Assembly: GCA_965178125.1 (NCBI GenBank)
Contig: OZ237743.1
Location: forward strand, 1,178,001-1,242,000
Length of the DNA: 64,000 bases
Reading direction: 5' to 3'
Source of the DNA: Bilabrum cf. latius
Taxonomy: Eukaryota
Positions 46,401-58,100 of the stretch are shown piece by piece. The position numbers were made by a program, and so were the translations under genes. The notes beneath the pieces were generated by a model. The model was not told the DNA's origin. It made no database searches and saw nothing but the letters and a program-made list of their open reading frames with translations. Within the stretch, counting starts at the first letter, position 1; each line of letters starts with the position of its first letter.

Positions 46401-48062
46401 AAACGCAGTCAGACTCTCACCCTTGCTACGGGCCCCGCCGCCCTGCATGAGACCACCGGTGCCCCCACCGCCACGTCGAGACGTTGTCGTCCTGATGTCC
46501 AGCCCGTCTCCCTCCTCTGAGTCCGAGTCGCCGCCCACGTTCTCCGCCTCCTCGCGCTCCTTCTGAGCGACCCGGAGCCGCTCGAGCCGCCTGGATATAG
46601 ACTCCGGGTCCCTCTTCGGGATGTACAGCCGCACGCGCTCCCACTCGGCAAACTGCAGGGCGGCAACGGCCACGGCCCCGTCCTCGTCGCTTGGCAGCTG
46701 CATGCGCCACAGGTGCATCCGCTGGGTCCCCGGCCGCTCCACCCCCAGGGCCGCCATGTGTTTGGCTGCCTCCATGACGGCCTCCCTGTCCGGGTGCTTG
46801 GTCACCCTCGAGAGCCCGCTGGACAGGGCCTGCTGCACGTCCCTCGGTGCCGTTGAGCCCTTCCTCCCCCCTGCGCTCGTGGGCCTGCCGAGGTTCACCT
46901 GGGCCAGGTCGTGAGGGTGGCCGCCGCCGTCTGGACCCCGCCTGTGCGCCTTGAGGTCGGCGGACTGGCTCCGGATGTCTCGCTCCGCGCGGGTCTTGGC
47001 CGCCCGACCCCCTTGTACTCTCGCATCGTGCCTCGCGTCCCTGGCGCTGGCATCCATCGCACTGCGGTGCAGCTCCTCCCGGCCCGAGTAGTCCGCTCCC
47101 ACCCAGGGGGCGACCGACCTTGCCTCTAGCTCCGACTGTTCCCCCACGTGCTCGAAGAAAACATCCATGGCGGCTGCCGTGTCCATCAGCTGGGCACGTC
47201 GGGCGCGCAGAGCCGGGAGCTTGACCTCCTCAAGCTCCTCCAGCTTTGCCCGGAGGCCCTCCAGCCTGCGGCCCGCCGCCTCCGCCTACCCGCCCCCCGC
47301 CGCCTCCACGTCCAGCCCCGCGCCCGCGCCCCCTTCCTCCTCTGCTCTGTCCCTCCTCCTCTGCTGCACGGCCTGCAGGCGTCCCACCTCCTCGCTGAGC
47401 CGAGCCATGTCCCCGCGGAGCACCTCTGCCTGCTCGTCGCCCTCCAGCAGCTGCTTGGTGATGGACACGAGTTCCTCGTCCCCACCCACGATGCCGGCCC
47501 GGAACCACGCCTGCAGGTCGCGGACCCGGAGCGCGTGCGGGACGTTGCAGGCGAAGACCTGGGTGCTTCCAACGAACCGCTTATCGAAGGCGTCGTCGGT
47601 AAAGTCGACCCTTCGTTCTTTTAGGTGCAGAAAATATACGTAAGGGGCAGGGAGGCAGCGCGTGCGCCACTGGTACGGATACAGCACTTCGCCGTCCTGG
47701 TCCACCAGAAAGTCCTGTGAAGTGTGGGCTAGAAGAATAGTAGCGTTAAAGGTAGCCCAACTATGTATTGCACGCGCGGGTGGCCGCGACAACGTCTGGC
47801 AAAAGGCCCAGGGGACTCGATTTGTAGCTTTCAACAAAATGGACAGCTGCTGCAGCCGCGATTCGCACGCAGGAACAGCTGCCAGCGCCGAACTCACAAG
47901 CTGGCCCTCTGGAATATTAAACACACGCTCCAAAATGATCAACGTCATTTTGGTCTGAGGGACCTTCTTGATGGAGTCAGCGTCGTGCGCCCACCCGACG
48001 CGGACCAGACGAGTGGCCCTTGACGCCTCCATGCGCTCTGCCGCCAGCATTCGCTGCACCAT
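40494..48062 (-). CDS. Large MORN-repeat and coiled-coil protein (~2500 aa; in-frame introns cannot be excluded)
   Basis: Six fragments in one frame separated by TAG; MORN units YAGEMRDGKIEGKG, FEGYFKDGMLEGKG, YDGFFQLGMKTGRG; stop TGA 40494. Confidence 0.8.
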
Positions 48063-48212
48063 GGTGGAATCACGTTTTCAGTGAAACGAAATAGTTCCTA
48101 TCGCTACCGATATTAATCACAGATCTTGCGTATGGGGCCTATATCGTTGCGACTTTCCGTTGGTCGCTTAACACCGGAAGTAATCCTCTTTTTGATCGCA
48201 AAGTTCTCATTT

Positions 48213-49470
48213 ATGGCGAACATGGCCGCAGTCTACAGGTGCCAACATGGCGCACGAGACCAGTCCGTCTTCCAGATGATCTTCAACACCAAGAACCGCA
48301 AGCAGCTGAAACGAACGTTCACCTCGTGGCTGTGCCCGTATATCCTACGGGACGCGACTGCACTGCTGAAGTCGAGCTCCAGCACGCACGCTGCCGGTAT
48401 ACTGCGCGAAGCAGAAACGATGCACCCGGTAGCGACAGACGCCTGGGCAAAGTTTGACGAGGACTCTGTAGGCATGAAATACCTACAGAGCTGCATCGGT
48501 TTGGACAATTCCCGGATCCTCGGCCCTTCGGCCATGCCGGCGATAGCACGGAGCACCTGGCGAGGCCGAGACGGCCGCCTCATCCTACGATGGCTCACTG
48601 GGCGTTACCCTCGGGAAGGGACCATGCACCACAGAGGAGAACGCTCGGTACAGGCCGAAATGATGCGCGCGGAAGCCACGCACACGGACGTACCCTGGGC
48701 ACCCACGGCAGTGGGGAGAGCACTATGGATGGAACACGTCAAAACGGAGCAGGTGCTGACACAGGAACACCGAGGGGACGCAGACTCCTTGGAGCTCTCT
48801 ATCGTCCAAGGCACCCTCGAACAACTCCAAGAACGGTGCCGACGTGCAATCCGACGCTTGTAGCAGAGGGCCAATGAGAGCTTCGGACGAGCCATCGAGG
48901 GGTTGTAGTCCTGCCAACTGTGCGTAGCTGAACAACTCAGCTCGGGCAGCCCAACAGCCCGAGACCTTGCAATCCGAGCCCACCCGCTCGGACACATACT
49001 GAATCCCTCCGAGAACTAGTTCATCGGAGAGTGGATGACAGGAACGCTGGGCCGTTGCGCCCTCAGCAAGGAGCTTCAGGTGCTAGAACGCATCTGGGCG
49101 AAGGGAACGGCAAGGCTAGCACGCTCCCGGATCTGGAGCAGGCAACAAGTCCTAGAGGCGGACTATGTGGCGGTCTGGTGGCGAGAGGCTGAACGCCTCA
49201 CGCCTCGCCAGGCCTTCCTCGCGCATGCTCCCTCACTGCGGACGTTCGACTGGGTCTGACTCCCAGGAGATCTCAACGCGATGCGCTTAGGACACGGGTC
49301 CTAGGCATGTATCGGTCTTAACCAGACCAACTATTTCTTCAGAGGCCTTTTCAGGTCCTGACTGGCTCCGCCAACGCGGGTACAGCTGGGTCCCCTGTTA
49401 AGGTGCGCGTTACTTTGGTGGCAGTCCTCGGATTGTCTCTGGTATTGAATTGCGTGCGAAAACTCTATTT

Positions 49471-49501
<31 letters not shown>

Positions 49502-51871
49502 TGGTGCAACATGCAGGCTGAAGTGGAAGGGCTCGTGCAGTCATTGGGAAATCTTACATTTGGTGGTGGACTGACAGCCGCCCTGGGTCAGTCTTCGGCC
49601 AGCAACGACAGGGAAGCCGCCGAGAGAGCTCTTTCTGCTGTTCCAACAACCACGGTACTCTTGGAGTCTGAGGAAGAGGGATCCAGGAAAGAATTGCTCG
49701 ACTGCAACTTAGCCTGTCGTTTAAATGAGAGGGGTATCATTTCAATCGAATTTTCAGGCAAACGCGGCGGTTCGAGCGACGACAGCCACGCTGCTCGCTC
49801 GTTCGAATTTGGACCGACTCTTGGTGCAGACGCAGGCGCTGGTTCTGCCGATCTTGCGGCAACTGATGATGGCAGTGACGATGATGATGTGACGTTAGCC
49901 ACCGTGAAGCTCCCTGCTTCCCAAATGTGCCGAGTTGGCAGCCTCAAATCGGCCCTTCTCCGCGAATGCAGGCCAAAGGCCCCTCGCAGCCCGGAGGAAT
50001 CGTCTGCAGGGAGCCCACCGGCAACCTCTGCCACAGAAGACCCGTCAAGGAGCTCTAGGGGTCCTGAGTATGGCCGCGGCATGCGGAGCAGGGGCAGGGC
50101 TGGCCTGCTGGATAGAGCACCGACTGGAGCGAGGCACGCAGACGGATCCCCAGCCCAAGGCCCCCTAGGGCTCCGAATCCTGGACGTGTGGAGGGCCCGG
50201 CCGCGCATGCCGCGCTTCCGCACGAGGCAAGGTCGTGCTGATGCCGCTACTGTGGGTAGTGGTGCATCGCACGATGGTGCGCCCGGGATCGTGCTGCCTC
50301 TCGTTGCGGCGCTGTGCCCGGTCGGTCCCGATCTTCTACAGAGCGGGGCAGGAACAAGGAGAGGCGACCGCGAGGACGCGGCTGGGGGGGTGTCTGCGCC
50401 GACCACATCGCAGGGGCCTCCAAGTCCGATCGTTTCGGCTCCGAATCCGCCCCGCAATGGGGGCCTCGTGCTCGCCCTCCGGTGGGTGGTGGACGTCGAC
50501 GGGCCTGCACAACGGACAGCAGCCGCTAATGTGCCGGGCTCCAAAAGCGCTGAGAAATGCGTGTTCAAGGACGCCCGTGCTAGCCCTGAGCACGTGCAAC
50601 TAGGACTCATCATCGACGTGCTGGCGGCGTGTCCCGCTCTGCTCCAAGACGGAGGTGTGCTAGACGCACGCGAAGCGATGCTGGACGAGGGGCCGGCCCT
50701 GGGTCGCAGAGCCGTGGATGCAGGGGCGGGCCTGCAACCCAGGGCCACCACGCCCTCGCTGCTGCACGTGGCCTCGCTTCGCGTGCCTTCGCTGGTGTAG
50801 CCAGCTGGGGATGGTTCCGGGGGTGGCGTTGTTGAAAGCGATGCAGAGCGCGATGGAAGTGTGGCGCACTTGGCGACCTTGTGGGGTTGCGCCGTGCGGG
50901 GGCCGGCGGCTGGTGCCGAGTCAGTCATTTTGCCTGGGGTCTGGCCCCACGGCGGGGTTAAACAAGTTGGGGTCGTTGCCGGGAGCGATGCAAGGGGCTC
51001 GTCGAATGAAAGCAAGGCGAGCGATCAAGGCGAAGAACAGCAGGCTCTGTGGCCCGCTGCACCCGCCTGCGTGCTGCCTGGTAGGGGGCTGCTCTCAGCG
51101 GGCTGCAGTAGCGGCGCTGCAGATGCCCCTATGTTCCTGATTTGTTTTGGTGAGTGGGCCGTCCCTTTGTACGGCGATGTCGGGATGTCGGGTGGCCGCA
51201 GCGCAGGTGGGTTGTGCACTGACGAGGTAGGGAAACGGCTAGGCGACGGGCTGGCGGCTGCATGCCTGAAGCTGCGCGGGATCAGGGAGCTTTCAGTGGG
51301 GCCCTCGTCGTCATGGGTTCGAATTCCAGGAGTCGTGCTGGGGTGCGACCGGCTGCAAAAGCATGACCGTGGGTACGTATTGCGGTGGACGCCACAGCCT
51401 TCTGAAACGTGTGCTGAACCCGGTTGCGCTGGTGAAGCAGCACTGGTCTCGAAGCCTGCAGTCATCGATCGTGCAAGCGAGGCCAGTCGCAGGCTTTGCG
51501 AGCTGTGCGGCCATGCAGTCGAGATGGACCGGGGCGACTGCGGTGGTGCCACTGCTTCAACCTGTCGGGCAGAGTTTGGCGGCTTATAGGCTCGGGCGGT
51601 AGGTGCTCCTGTTGCTTGCCATTGCTAGCTGTGGGACGCAAACTGGGTTATAGATGGAGGAAAGGTCAGCCAAGTCACCAAAGAGTTGGGAACCTTGACA
51701 TCGGATCGTGCAAGTGGATCGATGGCAGTACCAGCGATACCTCCCGCGGTGGTGGTGGGGACATGTGGATGCCTGGGAGCGGCCGAGGTGAGAGCGGAGG
51801 CAGGCGAGGCGTTTGCTGGGGATGGAGCGATATGGATCCAGCAAGTACGTGGGTTGCCACATGGCGTGTGA
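48213..51871 (+). CDS. Hypothetical protein; probably one gene with introns ~49254-49354 and 49403-49516 (or two genes split near 49259)
   Basis: 48213-49259 and 49517-51871 are each open with TAG=Q. 49403-49516 has GT..(CT)n..CAG; the first intron donor is weak. No recognisable domain. Confidence 0.45.
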
Positions 51872-52108
51872 AGGTGCCAGCTAGTTTGCCGTGAGGTTTC
51901 CACAATCCGATACGTATCATTTGGTTACATTGGCACTAAAAAAGCAAATTTTTGAATCAATCACATGCAGATTCCGGAATCCAGAATCCGGATGGCTGGC
52001 AAAGGAAGGGCATTGCATCCGATCTGTGGAGAGTCTTCCAAAGCGACCTGGCAGGGGGAAAAGCCCAGGATGGGTGCCACCAGACCCACGCCCAAGCCTG
52101 GATCATCT

Positions 52109-55100
52109 TCACTTGCCTCGTTTTCTCCTGCGTTTTCTCTTGCCGCCCCCTCTACCCCGTCCACCGCGAACGCCACCATCATCACCTCGAATGGCTCGAT
52201 CGGTGCTACCCAATCCACTGGTCTTGTCCGCACGTGCGCTGCCAGACTGCGAGCTTGCAGATACCCCTGCAGCTCCCCCGGTGGCAGCCTACTCTTGATC
52301 CCTGCCTGCAGGTCCACCAGACCTTGGGCTTGGAAGCATGGCTGCAGCTCCACCAGTGGCTTGGGCCGAATCCCTTCGTGCAGCTCCACCAGTGGCTTGG
52401 GCCGAATCCCTTCGTGCAGCTCCACCTGTGGCAGCCAAACCACGAGCACTGTCTGCCTTAACAATACTCCGTGAGCTTGGATTTCTGGCTGCGAAACCAC
52501 CGGTGTATGCTGAAGCAGCTTTGGCTGCAGTTTCACGTTGGCTTGACAATGCTGCCGCCTCGAGCTGTCCGTACTCGACAGCAAGGTACTCATTTCGTTT
52601 CTCCCAAGTTTTCAGGGCGAACAAAGCGGCACTTTCTAGCCCAGCTAGATCCTCAATGGTGCTCAGGGGCATCGGCATCTCGTCGCTGATGCTCTAGGCA
52701 CCACACGGAATGCATGGCTTCGACCCGCGAATCAGCTGGACGTGCAACCACTCGGACACCGCAGTAACCTCTTCAACAAGCGGTTTCTAGATGCTTCTTG
52801 CAGCCGAACCACAGGGAGCTACATCGACGCCATCTTCGTTTCCCAGATTAGGTGATATCTTCGGCCGGCAGCTCCACAGTACAAGGGGGTTCACAATTTG
52901 CGCTGCGCCTTTGTGCTGCGCAGCAACTCGTTCCCTGTCTGCTTCTGTTAACAATGTCCTGCTAGAGGAAAGCTGCTTTCGCATCACGGTAGGGGCAGGC
53001 GGTCTCAACGATACTTTCGGGCTGGCGCGGAAAATCCGCAGCATCTGCTCAACGTGGCACACGTAGGCAAACACCTGCTTTTTTGGACCGTACAAGTCAA
53101 CCAAGCATCTATCAGGGCTGTGAATGCCGCGTATGTGCCCACCGTTGAGGTCACGAATACTTCCACGAGACGCAATACCCACGCCGTACTTGCGTGCACT
53201 CAGCATCAACTCTTCCGTTCCTGACTTGGATTTGGAGCCATCGATAGCAAATTGGCTTGCTAGCCACATGCGTCGGTTTTGAAGCTCGTCGTGATTTTCG
53301 TTTTGCATTTCTTCACGTATATTTGGGTGTTGCAGCATCACCCCCATCACGTCCTTGCCCCACAGGAACCCCTCCTGAGCAGGTTCAGCATCGAAATGAG
53401 CCACGCCAACCATCATGCGCCGTGTTGAGCGGTACAGAGATGGGCCACTTGCTCCTGTTAACCAGATACCGTGCGTCAGTCTGGCCTGGTGTGCCTCATG
53501 AAACCCAAATTGATCTCCCACCCATTCAGGAACAGGGCGCCGCGCAGGCTGGGCTTGCTAAGCCCACGCCCAGTAGCTTGCCAGAACCTCGTTGCCGACT
53601 TGGTACTATCCGGTTGGATGTACATCTGCTTCTATGGTGTGCATAGCCTGAGCCTACAGCCTAGAATGGTCTATTGGGAGCCAACTAGGAGCATTGCATT
53701 CTGGTCGGTTGAGCTCTCGGACGAGTTCAGCTGCCTCTTCTGCGGAGCTGACGTCTATACAGGCGCACACTAGTCCACCCTTACCGTGATTACTAGCGTT
53801 ATACACAACGATGTTTTCAATTCCACCGATCGGCACGGATCTAATGTGGTTATTGACACTCATGAACCGGTCCACGACAGACATTCTCCGCCACGTTTCA
53901 GTCTACTAGCTCAAGGCCGGTTTCTAGGTGCGACGAGGCACTGCGTCATTGTAGCGCCGCTGACCACAATGCAGTTGCATTCGATCTTGGATCGATCTCC
54001 CAATCGCTGTGAATGAGGGAGATCCCCCTTCTCGAAGAGGAGCATCCAATCCAAGGGTCACGATGTCCAGGCATCCACCGCCACCTGTGGCTCGCTTGCC
54101 TTTCTTCTTCTTCATTGTCACCTCCATGCCGCAGAACTCCCACGATTCCTGCTTGTCCAGGTGAGTGCCTAGTGGCTAAGCGGTTCGTTTGGCGTGACCT
54201 TCGACTTCGATGTGACCCAATGCAGCACCACTGCCCTATATTGCTCGGTAGAATCCTCTCATTGCCCTGCCGCTGCTAGCGGTTAACATCTACTACGTTG
54301 GATGCAGGTGCTTGGCAGACTCGGGGATACCACTGAAATGCAGATGCAGCTGAACCACTCTCGGCTTGGTATGCCGGTCAGCCTGTTCCAAAGTGCGGTC
54401 AAGTCTCTCCTGCACTTCAGCAGGGTGCTTCCTTGTACCAAATCCGCTAACAAAGTAAGCACCGTTCAGAAGGGGTAGCACATTGAGGTTGTTGTGCCCA
54501 GCAATTGCGATCCATTGGGGCTCCACCTCCTTCGACAAAGCCGTGACCGTGATGGTGCAGCAGCCCTGGTGACGGTGACGAAGCCACGACACGTACACGT
54601 AGTGGTTGCGCCTTGCCGCCTCCTGCGGAGGCTCATGGGAAAGCAGTTCGACGTGTAAACGAGGACGACACCATTTGCACTTAAGATCTGGCTATTCGGC
54701 AGCAAAGTCCTTGAAAGACTGCGCAGTTCGCGGGGCACAAGCAGTAAAAACTGCTCTGCACGATTGCTAGCATGGGCTGTCCAGCTCCCGAAATGTCACA
54801 TCATTGTATTTCCTATCATTTCTGGAATCATCAGTGCCCATGGATTCGTCACCATTGGCCTATCTGGAATCGATTTTCGCTTGAAATGCGTTGAGCAAGC
54901 CCATCCAGTCCATGAAAATAGGCTTGTTAGGATTGCTCTCGTCCGCCACGGCAGTGTGCTTGACAAGAACCTGGCAGGAGTTTTCACAATCTTCGCGATC
55001 GCTGTCCAAGCTGCCAGATTCAACAAATGGGTGCGCGGGAGGCTCTGATGAGCTGGGAGCAAGCTTACTCTCGCTCAGATTACTGCCCAACTCGTCCACT

Positions 55101-58100
55101 GGGGCAAAAACGGGGGGTCTCAGTAGCACAGCACCCGCCTGAAGAACTGCATAGCTCGCATGACCCGGAGACCCATCTGATCCGCGAAGCACCCCCGCTA
55201 CATCGAGAAAACTGTCCTGTAGCTTGGCATGTTGTGACACAAGGCTTTCGAATTTTGTCTGGAGCTCCTTCTGCTAACTTGCTTTTACCCAAACCCGAAG
55301 ATCCCCATGCTTGACTCGCATGGCATGTTCATGAATTCGCGACCATGGCGATTCGAGGTACAGCCGCGGCATCTTCCCCTCGATCTGCATTGCCTGCGAC
55401 AGAGCCACTCTCTCGACCTCGTCACACTCCTGCCCAAGCAGGCTGCGGTATGTCGCGGTGTCGAGGCCCCGGACAACAATATCCGTATACTCGCCAACTT
55501 CAACACCGCTCGTGGCGATTTCAACGGCAGCTAGCTCCTCCTCCTCTAGTCGAACGGCATTGAGCATGAGGTAGTCTCCCTTGCGCTACATGCGCTCGTA
55601 TACCACCACGTCGGATGCACCCGTCTTGGCCAACATGCCGTGGATCCTCGCTAGCACGAAACGGGACGCATCGTTAGCTCCATGGACGAGCATCTCGTAC
55701 AGACCGGATGTGCCGTAAGTCCTTCGGGCCAAGTTGTATCGCAGGCACCGCGCCACCTCCTTGGCCACGTGCGTCTCAACAGGATCCGGATCCCGAGGAG
55801 GAGTACCATCTTGAGAAATGCCAAAGGAAACTGACAAAGGTTGCACAACAGAGCCAAAGCATGCTTCGAACGATTTACCCGAAGAGCCGACGTTCACATA
55901 CTCCTTGATTGCGTCGATTACCCCCTCACCAACCGCAGATAGCTAAGGTACATCTGGTATCTGCTGCATCTTGCCAAGTGGCTCGCGCTAGGCGTGCTGC
56001 ATGGAGTTGTGCACGATCCGCTTGAAGCCAGTGCTACTGACGTTCTTGAATATACGGCCGAGCACTCGCGATGCATCCTCAGTATACATGCCTCTCAGCA
56101 GTGTATGCTGTTGCATGTCAATCGTCGCACTTCTCTGTCTCTTTGGCAAACCAATGCGCTACCATGCAACGTACACACGCAGCAACGTCAACAGATCACC
56201 TCGGGGGGAAGCAACCGCAGCGGCACGATCCAGAAGTCTTGATGAGTACCTGCTAGCGCCGGCGTCGACAAGTGCGACCAACGTGAGCGTGAAGCGAGCC
56301 TGAATGAGCCGAGTCAGCAAACCATGAACTTGACCAGATGCGCTCGCATCAGGAATTGCAGCTGGAATAGCTTCACTGCCACTCGCAGCACCGGTTGAAG
56401 TTGACAGGGCCTCGCTGCCGCTCGCAGCACCGGTTGAAGTTGACAGGGCCTCGCTGCCGCTCGCAGCACCGGTTGAAGTTGACAGGGCCTCACTGCCGCT
56501 CGCAGCACCGGTTGAAGTTGACAGGGCCTCACTGCCGCTCGCAGCACCGGTTGAAGATGACAGGGCCTCGCTGCCGCTCGCAGCACCGGTTGAAGTTGAC
56601 AGGGCCTCACTGCCGCTCGCAGCACCGGTTGAAGTTGACAGGGCCTCACTACTGCTCGCAGCACCGGTTGAAGTTGACAGGGCCTCGCTGCCGCTCGCAG
56701 CACCGGTTGAAGATGACAGGGCCTCGCTGCCGCTCGCAGCACCGGTTGAAGATGACAGGGCCTCGCTGCCGCTCGATTTGACGGTTGTTCCACAGTCTGT
56801 CCCATCACTAGGCGGATCCGGATCCAGGGCATGGGTGATGTCCTTGGCGGCCCTAATAGCCAGGGCTCCTAGCCATGGCTTGAGTCCAGTCCTGATAACC
56901 CAGTACCCATCCGCAGTCACTTTCGCAGCAGGATCCAAACAATCGTCTTGCTGCCCCGCTGGTCGCGATGCCTCGTCCAGATTGATGAGACCCATGCTAA
57001 CCAGCTGATCCACGGCTTGCTGGATTCGCTCATCCGAAGGCCGTTCAATCCAAGGAAACTTAAGCGGTGAAGAACCCGCAGCATACAGCGCCAGCACACC
57101 ACGGGTGATGCTGCATCGCTGCACGCCAGGCGGTCTGGTCGTTGGCAACGAGTCAAAGGTAGGCTCAGAGTATAGCCGAATGCAGCGACCTGGGCGCGTC
57201 CTTGCGGCTCGTCCGGCACGCTGAATAGCAGACACCTTCGAGATTCGACATAGTCGCCGCTAGGACACTCGCAGGTTCGGGTCGTATACCTCTTGCCAGT
57301 CGAAGCCCGAGTCGATCACGCAAGTGAGCCCAGGAATCGTGATGCTGGATTCAGCATCACGGGTGGCGAAGTATACGACTGGGGACGATCCATGCGGCTC
57401 CATCGCATCGATCGAACCGTTGAGATTATCCTTTGTCAAACTGACCACCTCGCCTGGCCTCGGGGCTTTCCCTCCGTTCGCGGCTGCCATCATCCACTTG
57501 TAGCATTCCATGCACCGGCGCACGTCTCCTTCGCCGGGCAGGAAGACGAGAAGACTGCCTTGGTTGTCCGACTTCTTCAGCTACATCACCTCCCTCATTG
57601 CAGCGTAGGCGCTCGAATTCACTATCTTCGATATCTGGTCAAACCGCACTGACTCGACTGGGGTGAACTGCTTCATACTCTTGGAATCCCTGAATACAGG
57701 AGGAGAGCGCTCTCCGAGGAAGCTGAAACGGGTGCAGGTAACATCCTTGTACTCGTCTACAAACGCCTCCACATGCTTGTAGAGCTGCTCAGGGTCCTAA
57801 TGATTAACCGTCAGCTTGTAGCTCTAGCTTTCTAGCTATAAGAGTTTTGCGTCCCTCTCGTCGCTACCACTGGCAGGGAGCCAGTATTCGTGAAGTGCGC
57901 CAAACTCTGGCAAATTGCCTCGAGAACCAGGCGATTCCTTCTGCCCCCCCATCGTAGCAGAGGATATAATAACGACGGGAGAGGTCTTCTCTTTCATTTT
58001 TTTCCTCGAATCGTTAGCCTGCACCGTTTTTAGCAAACCCTGCAGCACGTCGCAAGCGACCCCGCGCTCGTGCACCTCATCCACCATTACGACACCGAAC

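Noticed and set aside
49471-49494. (CT)n microsatellite as an independent feature
   Set aside because: Explained as the polypyrimidine tract of intron 49403-49516.
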